From: an uncultured Eubacteriales bacterium
Lineage (GTDB): Bacteria; Bacillota; Clostridia; Oscillospirales; Acutalibacteraceae
DNA: 55,014 nucleotides
Direction of reading: 5' to 3'
NCBI GenBank assembly: GCA_964389495.1
Contig: CAYMDU010000001.1
Coordinates: 1-55,014 of the forward strand
Below are positions 9,685 to 17,389 of this stretch, in pieces. Made by a program: the position numbers and the translations under genes. Each line of letters opens with the position of its first letter. The stretch's first letter is position 1. The notes below the pieces were generated by a model, which was given only the letters and a program-made list of their open reading frames with translations, was not told where the DNA came from and did no database searches.

Positions 9685-9924
9685 TTACACGCCGGCGTTC
9701 TTCAACAGAGCCTTCACGGTGTCGGTAGGCTGAGCGCCGTTGGCAATCCACTTCTGCGCCTTTTCCACATCCACTTTCACCACAGCCGGCTTTTCCAGCG
9801 GGTTGTAATAGCCGATTTCCTCAATGAAACGGCCGTCGCGGGGGTAGCGGGAATCCGCCACCACAATGCGATAAAACGGTGCTTTCTTGGCGCCCATGCG
9901 GCGCAATCTGATTTTTACTGCCAT
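9685..9924 (-). CDS. rpsP: 30S ribosomal protein S16
   Basis: [42 protein letters not shown] is canonical S16. Confidence 0.95.
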   Translation of the reverse strand: MAVKIRLRRMGAKKAPFYRIVVADSRYPRDGRFIEEIGYYNPLEKPAVVKVDVEKAQKWIANGAQPTDTVKALLKNAGV

Positions 9925-9993
9925 GTTCGTACCTCCAAAAATTTTCTTTGTTTATTCTTCAAACTCGGCCGCGTGCGGCCTGTATTGAATACC

Positions 9994-11349
9994 TCACCAT
10001 CCGGGACGGCCGCCCTTGCCGAAATTCATGCCCATCGGCAGGCCGCGCCCCTTCTTTTTGCCCATGCCCTTCATTTGCTTCATCAGCTTGCGCATGGTGT
10101 CATACTGTTTGAGCAAGCGGTTCACATCTTCCACCCGCATGCCGCAACCGGCGGCAATGCGCCGCTTCCGCGACGGGTTGATAATTTCGGGCTTTTCGCG
10201 TTCCCGCTTGGTCATCGACAGAATAATGGCCTCCACCCGCGCAAACTGCTTTTCGTCGATATCCACCTCTTTGAGCTGCTTGCCCATGCCGGGAATCATA
10301 CCCAGCAGGCTTTTGATATCGCCCATTTTCTGAATTTGACGGAATTGGTCCAGCAGGTCGTTCAGGTCAAACCGGTCTTCCTGCAATTTTTTGGCCAGCG
10401 CTTCGGCTTCGCGTTCGTCAATCTGCTGCTGCGCCTTTTCAATGAACGACAGCACATCGCCCATTCCCAAAATGCGCGACGCCATGCGTTCGGGGTGGAA
10501 CACTTCCAAATCGCCCAGCTTTTCGCCGGTGCCGGCAAATTTCACCGGCTTGCCGGTAACCGCCCGCACCGACAGCGCCGCACCGCCGCGCGTATCGCCG
10601 TCCAGCTTGGTGAGAATCACACCGCTGATTTCCAGCGTTTCGTTAAACGCCCGGGCCACATTCACCGCATCCTGGCCGGTCATGGCGTCCACCACCAGCA
10701 GAATTTCCTGCGGCTCCACCGCGGCGCGAATGGCTTCCAGCTCGTGCATGAGCTGTTCGTCAATATGCAGCCGGCCGGCGGTATCCAAAATCACATAGTC
10801 GTTTCCGTGGTCGCGCGCGTGGGCCACCGCTTGGCGGGCAATGTCCACCGGATTGGCGGTGCCGCGTTCAAACACCGGCACCCCCACCGATTCGCCCACC
10901 ACCTGCAACTGCTTGATAGCCGCCGGGCGGTACACATCGCACGCCACCAGCAACGGCCGGTGCCCCTGCGATTTCAGTAGCTTGCCCAGCTTGGCCGAAT
11001 GGGTGGTTTTACCGGAACCCTGCAACCCGCACATCATAATCACGCACGGCGGCCGGTTGGGCCGTGCCAACGGGCTGGCTTCGCCGCCCATCAGCCGCAC
11101 CAGTTCTTCGTTCACCAGCTTAATCACCATTTGCGCCGGTGTCAGGCTTTCCATCACCCGCTCGCCCACGGCGCGTTCGGCCACCGTGGCGGTGAATTCT
11201 TTGGCCACTTTGTAGTTGACGTCCGCTTCCAGCAGCGCCATGCGCACTTCGCGCATGGCTTCTTTCACATCCGCTTCGGTCAGCTTTCCTTTGTTTTTCA
11301 GCCGCTTAAATGCAGCCGACAGTTTTTCAGACAGCCCTTCAAACGCCAC
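9994..11349 (-). CDS. ffh: Signal recognition particle protein Ffh
   Basis: N domain, G domain (GLQGSGKTT, DTAGR, TKLDGD) and a Met-rich M domain at the C-terminus. Confidence 0.95.
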   Translation of the reverse strand: MAFEGLSEKLSAAFKRLKNKGKLTEADVKEAMREVRMALLEADVNYKVAKEFTATVAERAVGERVMESLTPAQMVIKLVNEELVRLMGGEASPLARPNRPPCVIMMCGLQGSGKTTHSAKLGKLLKSQGHRPLLVACDVYRPAAIKQLQVVGESVGVPVFERGTANPVDIARQAVAHARDHGNDYVILDTAGRLHIDEQLMHELEAIRAAVEPQEILLVVDAMTGQDAVNVARAFNETLEISGVILTKLDGDTRGGAALSVRAVTGKPVKFAGTGEKLGDLEVFHPERMASRILGMGDVLSFIEKAQQQIDEREAEALAKKLQEDRFDLNDLLDQFRQIQKMGDIKSLLGMIPGMGKQLKEVDIDEKQFARVEAIILSMTKREREKPEIINPSRKRRIAAGCGMRVEDVNRLLKQYDTMRKLMKQMKGMGKKKGRGLPMGMNFGKGGRPGW

Positions 11350-11353
11350 GGTG

Positions 11354-11719
11354 TTACCTCTCTCTCAGCAATTCGGCCAATTCCATAATGCGGCCGGCCC
11401 GTTCGTCAATCAAGGCCGCTTCGCCGCCCCGTTCGTTCAGTTCCCGAATGTCCCGCGCCGCTTGGCAAATGGCATCGAACCCGTCGCGCATTTCGCGAAA
11501 CCGCCCGGCCAAGTGCAGCCGGTCTTCCATTTCCAGCATTTGCATTTCCGCCCGCTTGAGCGAATCGCGCACGCCCTGGCGGGTGATGCTTTGATGCTCG
11601 GCAATTTCGGCCAGGGACAAGTCTTCTTCGTAGTACAGTTCCACCACGCGCTGCTGCTTTTCCGTGAGCATGTCGCCGTAAAAATCAAACAACCACGCAA
11701 TTCCCATGTCTTTCGGCAT
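11354..11719 (-). CDS. ylxM: YlxM/UPF0122 helix-turn-helix protein
   Basis: FDFYGDMLTEKQQRVVELYYEEDLSLAEIAE...SRQGVRD is typical YlxM. The ATG at 11719 follows AGGAGG at 7 nt. Conserved position upstream of ffh. Confidence 0.85.
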   Translation of the reverse strand: MPKDMGIAWLFDFYGDMLTEKQQRVVELYYEEDLSLAEIAEHQSITRQGVRDSLKRAEMQMLEMEDRLHLAGRFREMRDGFDAICQAARDIRELNERGGEAALIDERAGRIMELAELLRER

Positions 11720-11855
11720 TCCCGCCCCTCCTTTCGGGCTTTGCTGTAAAGCGTTTTGCTTTACAGGCATTATAGCATACCCTTTCCTCCTTGTCAAGCC
11801 CCCAGCAACTCTTTTTCGGCAGGCAAAAAATTTTTCAAAAAAGCCGGCAAAGCCC

Positions 11856-11884
11856 TTGCAATACCCCCCTTGTTGTTTTATACT
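11856..11884 (+). promoter_or_regulatory. Sigma-A type promoter for the MBOAT/SGNH genes
   Basis: TTGCAA, 17 nt, TATACT, located about 70 nt upstream of the ATG at 11953. Confidence 0.5.
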
Positions 11885-11952
11885 AAATAGTACTTATTAT
11901 TACACTTACTCCGTGCACACGGCATAGTATAAGAGAGGAGAAACAGCACCCC

Positions 11953-13365
11953 ATGGTTTTCAGCAGCATCGATTTCATTTTTGTGTTTCTCCCTCTCTTT
12001 TTCACAGCATACTACCTCTGCCCCCAGCGTTTTCGCAACCCCCTGCTGTTTGTCGGCAGCCTGCTTTTCTATGCCTACGGCACCTGGAATCAGCCACTGT
12101 ACATTCTGCTGTTTTTGGCCTCGGCGCTGGTGAACTGGTTTGTCGGATTGCGCCTGGCGCGCAGCAGCCGCCGCCGCGCCTGGCTGGTGGCCGGCTTGGT
12201 CTACGACTTCGGCTGGCTGTTTGTGTTCAAATACGCCGATTTTCTGTTTTCCTCCGTGCAATCCGCGGTGCACGCGGTGTTTCCCGCTTCGCACCTCACG
12301 CTGCCCGCCGTCAACTGGGTGTTGCCCATCGGCATCAGCTTCTACACCTTCCAAATCGTGTCCTACATCATCGATGTCTACCGCCGCTCCATGGAAGCGG
12401 AACGGTCGCTGCTCAAACTTTCCACCTACCTGTACATGTTCCCCCAGCTCATTGCCGGGCCCATTGTCACCTATTCCCATGTGCGCGAACAAATGGACAA
12501 GCCGCACATTTCCCTGTCCCGTGTCGACGAAGGGCTCAAAGATTTCACCTACGGTCTGGGCCTGAAAGTGCTGCTGGCCAACCGCATCGGCAGCCTGTGG
12601 ACCGACATCGGCTCCATCGGGTTCGACAGCATCTCCACCCCCTTGGCCTGGATGGGCATTGTGGCATACAGCATGCAGCTTTATTTTGATTTCTACGGCT
12701 ACTCCCTCATGGCCGTCGGCCTGGGAAAAATGCTGGGGTTCGATTTCCCGCAAAACTTCCGCCATCCCTATGCGGCCCTCAGCATGACCGAGTTTTGGCG
12801 TCGCTGGCACATCACCCTCAGCTCGTGGTTCCGCGACTATGTCTACATTCCGCTGGGCGGCAACCGCAACGGCACCTGGCGCACCGTGCGCAACATGCTG
12901 GCGGTGTGGCTGTTCACCGGCCTGTGGCACGGCGCCAGCTGGAACTTTGTGCTGTGGGGGCTGGTGCTGTTCGGCCTGCTCATGCTGGAACGCTTTGCCA
13001 TCAAGCCCACCCTGCACCGTCACCCCGTGCTGGGGCATGCCTACATGGCTTTGGTCATTCCGCTCACCTGGCTGATTTTCGCCGTCACGGATTTTTCCGA
13101 AATGGGCATCTATTTCGAACGCCTGTTCCCCTTCCTGCCGGGCGAACCTGTCAATGTCTTTGCCGGCGACTGGCTCAAATACGGCAAACTGTACGGCGTA
13201 CTGTTGCTGGTGGGGCTGCTGTTCAGCACCGAATGGCCGGAAAAACTGTACCACCGGTTCAAAAACACCGTTTGGGGCACACTGGCCTTGCTGGCTGTTT
13301 TCTGGGGTTCTGTCTATTGCCTGTACATCGGGCTGAACGACCCGTTTTTGTATTTCCGGTTTTAA
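11953..13365 (+). CDS. MBOAT-family membrane O-acyltransferase (AlgI/DltB/PatA-like)
   Basis: 470 aa and polytopic. Motifs FWRRWHITLSSWFRDYVYIPLGGNR and LFTGLWHGASWNF include the conserved MBOAT His. Confidence 0.9.
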   Translation: MVFSSIDFIFVFLPLFFTAYYLCPQRFRNPLLFVGSLLFYAYGTWNQPLYILLFLASALVNWFVGLRLARSSRRRAWLVAGLVYDFGWLFVFKYADFLFSSVQSAVHAVFPASHLTLPAVNWVLPIGISFYTFQIVSYIIDVYRRSMEAERSLLKLSTYLYMFPQLIAGPIVTYSHVREQMDKPHISLSRVDEGLKDFTYGLGLKVLLANRIGSLWTDIGSIGFDSISTPLAWMGIVAYSMQLYFDFYGYSLMAVGLGKMLGFDFPQNFRHPYAALSMTEFWRRWHITLSSWFRDYVYIPLGGNRNGTWRTVRNMLAVWLFTGLWHGASWNFVLWGLVLFGLLMLERFAIKPTLHRHPVLGHAYMALVIPLTWLIFAVTDFSEMGIYFERLFPFLPGEPVNVFAGDWLKYGKLYGVLLLVGLLFSTEWPEKLYHRFKNTVWGTLALLAVFWGSVYCLYIGLNDPFLYFRF

Positions 13366-13395
13366 TTCGATTTTCGATTTAGGAGGACTTGCTTT

Positions 13396-14229
13396 ATGAA
13401 ACATCTTGTTCGCTATTCCTTCACCATTCTGCTCATTCTCTCCGCACTCATTGTGGTTCCCGCCTGCCGGTTGCGCCAGCTTTCTCAAATCGACACCACC
13501 GACGCCACCGACACCACCGGCACCACCGTTTCCGCCACCACGGCGGATTCCGCCACCGCAACCACCGCAACCACCACAATCACCGCCACGGCACCGGTCA
13601 CCACCACGGCCGCACCCACTTCGTCCGCGGCCCCAGACAGCAATCGCACCGTGGCCTTTCCCCACACCCTGTTCATCGGGGATTCCCGTTCCGTGGGTCT
13701 CAAAGAATACGGCAAGCTGTCCGATGCCACCTTCTTTTGCAGCGTCGGCCTCAACGCCTACAAAATCACTTCGGAAACCGTAGAGGTCAACGGCTTCGGC
13801 AAGCTCAAACTCGAAGCCCTGCTGTCCCAAGCTCAGTTCAACCAAGTCTACATCATGCTGGGCATCAACGAATTGGGCTACAACCTGGAATCCACGGTTC
13901 AAAAATACCGCGACCTCATCGCCCTGGTGCAAGCCAAGCAACCGGCCGCCAAAATCGTGGTCAATTCCACCCTGCATGTCACCAAAGAGTGCAACGATAT
14001 CAACAGCGGCTCCAAAGCCATTTTCACCAACGAACGCATCAACGATTTCAACACCCTGCTCACTTCGTTGGCCGACAATCAGCAAATTTTCTATCTCGAC
14101 CTCAATCCCGTGTTTGACGACGCCGCCGGCAACATGACCACCGACTACGCCGCGGGCGACGGTATTCACATCAAAGCCAAATACTATCTGCTGTGGCGCG
14201 ACTATCTCGATACCCACCGCATCGCCTGA
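13396..14229 (+). CDS. SGNH/GDSL-fold lipoprotein with a Thr/Ala-rich linker (PatB/AlgX-like partner of the MBOAT)
   Basis: Signal peptide with lipobox LIVVPA-C. SGNH blocks are present: FIGDSRS (block I), MLGINELG (block III) and GDGIHIK (block V, DxxH). Starts 31 nt after the MBOAT stop. Confidence 0.8.
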   Translation: MKHLVRYSFTILLILSALIVVPACRLRQLSQIDTTDATDTTGTTVSATTADSATATTATTTITATAPVTTTAAPTSSAAPDSNRTVAFPHTLFIGDSRSVGLKEYGKLSDATFFCSVGLNAYKITSETVEVNGFGKLKLEALLSQAQFNQVYIMLGINELGYNLESTVQKYRDLIALVQAKQPAAKIVVNSTLHVTKECNDINSGSKAIFTNERINDFNTLLTSLADNQQIFYLDLNPVFDDAAGNMTTDYAAGDGIHIKAKYYLLWRDYLDTHRIA

Positions 14230-14252
14230 TTAAAAACGAAGGAGGACTTCCC

Positions 14253-16226
14253 ATGAACCAAGCCTATTGGATTTGGCATTTCGGCGACTATGAACTCTAT
14301 CATCACCTGCAACTCAGCGACCGCCGCGAAGAAAAGGGCAGTCCGGTTTGCTGCATGTGGCATGTCACGCGCCCCAACTACAACGCGCGTTTCTACCGCA
14401 CCTTCACCGCCGAAACCGACACCGTGATTCGCATTGTCAGTCACAGCCACGGCAAAGGCTTCATTCAGGGCGACACCTGCTCGTTCAGTTTCCCCTTCAA
14501 CACCGACACCGCCGTGCCGGCCGGCACCCACACCATTCAGGTAAATGTGTTCGACAAAGAGGCGTTTCCCGCCTTTTTCATCAACAGCGACTATTTAAAA
14601 ACCGACGGGCAGTGGCAGTCCGACGAATACGCCTGCGACCGCTTCCCCGTGGGCTGGGACCCTGCCTTCACCCGCGCCGAAGACGACCCGCGCGTGTTTC
14701 CTTTTCACTACAAAGCCCTCACCCCCGTGAGCACCGAACGCACCGAAACCGGCACCCTGTACGACTACGGGCGCGAACTGTTCGGCCCCGTCACACTTCA
14801 CGGCCTGTCGGCCGTGTCAGCACCCGTTCGTCTCACCTACGGCGAATCGCGCGAAGAAGCCCTGTGCTACAACGAGGCCATCGTGCGCGAAACCCTCACC
14901 GCCCGGGACAACCCGCGCCGCCCTGCGCGCGCGTTTCGCTATTTGCACATTCAGGGTGCTGTCACCCCCGCGGCCGAATACGAATACCTGCCGCTCACCG
15001 ACCGCGCCTCCTTTTCCTGCGACGACCCGCTGGCCGCCCGCATTTGGGACACCTGCGCCCACACCTTCCACCTCAATTCGCGCGAAGCCTATCTCGACGG
15101 CATCAAGCGCGACCGGTGGGTGTGGTCGGGCGACGCCTACCAATCGGCGTGGATCAACCCCTATCTCTATGCCGACCCCGCCATTGTGCGGCGCACCATT
15201 CTGTCGTTGCTCGGCAAACCGCCCTATCAAACGCACATCAACTGCATCAACGACTATTCCTGCTACCTGATTTTCATGGTGTGGGACCACTATTTCGCCA
15301 CCGGCGACAGCGCGTTTGTTCGCCGCATTTGGCCCTCGGTGCGCGCCCTGTACCAATTCATCGTGTCCCGCACCGACGAAAACGGCTATGTGGTGGAACG
15401 CCCCGGCGACTGGATTTTCATTGACTGGTCCGACCACATGGACAAAGGCGGCCCCCTGTGTGCCGAACAAATTTTGCTGTGGCAGGCCCACCTTGTCATG
15501 GGCAAGCTGGCCGTGCTGTGCGGCGAAAGCGACGCCTACACCGCGCACGCCGACACCCTGCGCACCCGCATTTTGCACGACTATTGGGACGAAGCGCGCG
15601 GCGCCTTCATCGACTGTCACACCACCGGCAAGCGGAACATTTCCCGCCAGGCCAACATTTTCGCCGTTCTCTACGAGTTTGTCGATACCCGCACCGCCGC
15701 CCGTATTCGGGAAACGGTGCTTCAAAACGAGGCCGTGCCCGCCATCACCACCCCCTATTTCAAATTGTACGAACTGCTGGCCCTGTGTCGCCTGGGCGAT
15801 ATGGCCACCGTTCAGCAATACATTCACTCCTATTGGGGCGCCATGATTGAACTGGGCGCCACCAGCATGTGGGAACAGTACCTGCCCGGCGAAACCGGCA
15901 CCGAACACCTGGCCATGTACGAAGAACCGTTTGGCCGTTCGCTCTGCCATGCCTGGGGCAGCGGCCCGCTGCTGCTGTGGGGCAAGGGGTGCTGCGGCGT
16001 GGAACCCACCTCGCCCGGCTATACCACCTTCTCCGTGCGCCCGCAACCGGGCAACTACCGCCGCTTTTGCGGCACCGTGCCCGTGCGCAACGGCAGTGTC
16101 ACCGTTTCCTACGAAAACGGGTCGGTCACCGTCACCGCCACCGTCGGCGGCGGCACCCTGTACACCGGCGGCCGCTCCTATCCCCTGCCGGCCGGCGTTT
16201 CTGTCACCGCTCCCTGCACACCATAA
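14253..16226 (+). CDS. Six-hairpin glycoside hydrolase, alpha-L-rhamnosidase (GH78)-like, no signal peptide
   Basis: GIKRDRWVWSGDAYQS resembles the GH78 RDERLGWTGD motif. SLCHAWGSGP lies near the C-terminus. The ATG at 14253 follows GAAGGAGGA. Confidence 0.6.
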   Translation: MNQAYWIWHFGDYELYHHLQLSDRREEKGSPVCCMWHVTRPNYNARFYRTFTAETDTVIRIVSHSHGKGFIQGDTCSFSFPFNTDTAVPAGTHTIQVNVFDKEAFPAFFINSDYLKTDGQWQSDEYACDRFPVGWDPAFTRAEDDPRVFPFHYKALTPVSTERTETGTLYDYGRELFGPVTLHGLSAVSAPVRLTYGESREEALCYNEAIVRETLTARDNPRRPARAFRYLHIQGAVTPAAEYEYLPLTDRASFSCDDPLAARIWDTCAHTFHLNSREAYLDGIKRDRWVWSGDAYQSAWINPYLYADPAIVRRTILSLLGKPPYQTHINCINDYSCYLIFMVWDHYFATGDSAFVRRIWPSVRALYQFIVSRTDENGYVVERPGDWIFIDWSDHMDKGGPLCAEQILLWQAHLVMGKLAVLCGESDAYTAHADTLRTRILHDYWDEARGAFIDCHTTGKRNISRQANIFAVLYEFVDTRTAARIRETVLQNEAVPAITTPYFKLYELLALCRLGDMATVQQYIHSYWGAMIELGATSMWEQYLPGETGTEHLAMYEEPFGRSLCHAWGSGPLLLWGKGCCGVEPTSPGYTTFSVRPQPGNYRRFCGTVPVRNGSVTVSYENGSVTVTATVGGGTLYTGGRSYPLPAGVSVTAPCTP

Positions 16227-16244
16227 CGAAAAGGAGAAAGCCAA

Positions 16245-17348
16245 ATGCTAAACAACCTGCTAAAAGAACGCGCCTTGCTGCCGATTTTGCAACACACCGA
16301 CGGCACCCCCGTCACCCTTGCCACATGGGACACCCGCCGCCGCGAAATGCGGCACGCCTTGGAAGTGTATTCCTACGGCCACACTCTCCCGGCTCCGAAA
16401 GCCGTGTGGGGCACCGTGGTGCAGGAAAACCCCCGCGACTACGCCGGCAAGGTGTTGCAGCAAACGGTGAATATCTCGTTTGAAACCGAACGCGGCGTAT
16501 TCACCTTCCCCGTGTTTGTGTTTGTGCCCCACGCCGTCAAGCGTCCGCGCACCTTTTTGCACATCGCCTTTCGCTACGATGCCAAAGATAAACCGCCCGT
16601 CTACCGCATGCCGGTGGAAGAAATCACCGACCAGGGCTATGCCCTGGTGCAAATGGCCTACACCGATGTGGTGAACGACAACCTGAACGGCGATTACAGC
16701 AACGGCCTTGCCGCCTATTTCGGCCTCACCAACCCGCGCGGCGCCGAAGAATGGGGCAAAATCGGCCTGTGGGCCTATGCCGCCAGCCGCACCCTGGACT
16801 ACCTGTTCACCCGCGACGACATCGACGCCGCCCACACCGCCGTCATCGGCCATTCCCGCTTGGGCAAAACCGCCCTGTGGACCGCCGCGCAGGACGAACG
16901 CTTCTGGTGCGCCATTTCCAACAACTCCGGCTACGGCGGTGCCGCCACCTCCAAACACGGCACCGGCGAGCGCGTGCGTGATTTTCTGGATTGCGGCAGT
17001 TGGGATTGGTTTTGCGAAAACTTCAAGCAATTCACCGACGACAAAGAAGACTGCAAACCCTACGACCAATCCTGGTTGCTCTCACTCATCGCCCCGCGCC
17101 TGCTGTGCGTCGGCTCCGCCGTGGAAGACACCGGTGCCGACCCTGTCAGCGAATTTCTCACCTCGCTGTGGGCTTCGCAGGCATGGGACCTTCACGGTGT
17201 TCCGGGTCTGGTCACGCCCGACCGCCTGCCCACACCGGGCGACCGCCTGTTTGGCGGCCGTGTCGGCTATTTCCTGCGTGCCGGCACCCACTTTTTGTGC
17301 CGCGAAGACTGGAACGCCTACATTCAGTTCCTCAACAGCCATTCCTAA
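16245..17348 (+). CDS. Alpha/beta hydrolase, glucuronoyl esterase (CE15)-like
   Basis: VIGHSRLGKTALWTAAQDERF resembles the CE15 G-C-S-R-x-G-K...DER nucleophile region. Starts 18 nt after the upstream gene, behind AAGGAGAAAG. Confidence 0.55.
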   Translation: MLNNLLKERALLPILQHTDGTPVTLATWDTRRREMRHALEVYSYGHTLPAPKAVWGTVVQENPRDYAGKVLQQTVNISFETERGVFTFPVFVFVPHAVKRPRTFLHIAFRYDAKDKPPVYRMPVEEITDQGYALVQMAYTDVVNDNLNGDYSNGLAAYFGLTNPRGAEEWGKIGLWAYAASRTLDYLFTRDDIDAAHTAVIGHSRLGKTALWTAAQDERFWCAISNNSGYGGAATSKHGTGERVRDFLDCGSWDWFCENFKQFTDDKEDCKPYDQSWLLSLIAPRLLCVGSAVEDTGADPVSEFLTSLWASQAWDLHGVPGLVTPDRLPTPGDRLFGGRVGYFLRAGTHFLCREDWNAYIQFLNSHS

Positions 17349-17353
17349 CACAC

Positions 17354-17389
17354 AAAAATCCGTTCTGCCCTTGGCAGAACGGATTTTTT
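17354..17389. terminator. Bidirectional rho-independent terminator between the convergent CE15-like gene and metH
   Basis: AAAAATCCGTTCTGCC CTTG GGCAGAACGGATTTTT is a perfect 12-bp stem flanked by A and T runs. Confidence 0.8.

Noticed and set aside
8806-10980. 724-aa ORF on the plus strand spanning rimM to ffh.
   Set aside because: It crosses four well-supported minus-strand genes and their intergenic gaps, with an His/Arg/Phe-rich composition. GC artefact.
11878-14217. 779-aa ORF on the minus strand over the MBOAT and SGNH genes.
   Set aside because: Gly/Val/Ala/Gln-rich with no recognisable motifs, while the plus-strand genes have clear MBOAT and SGNH signatures.
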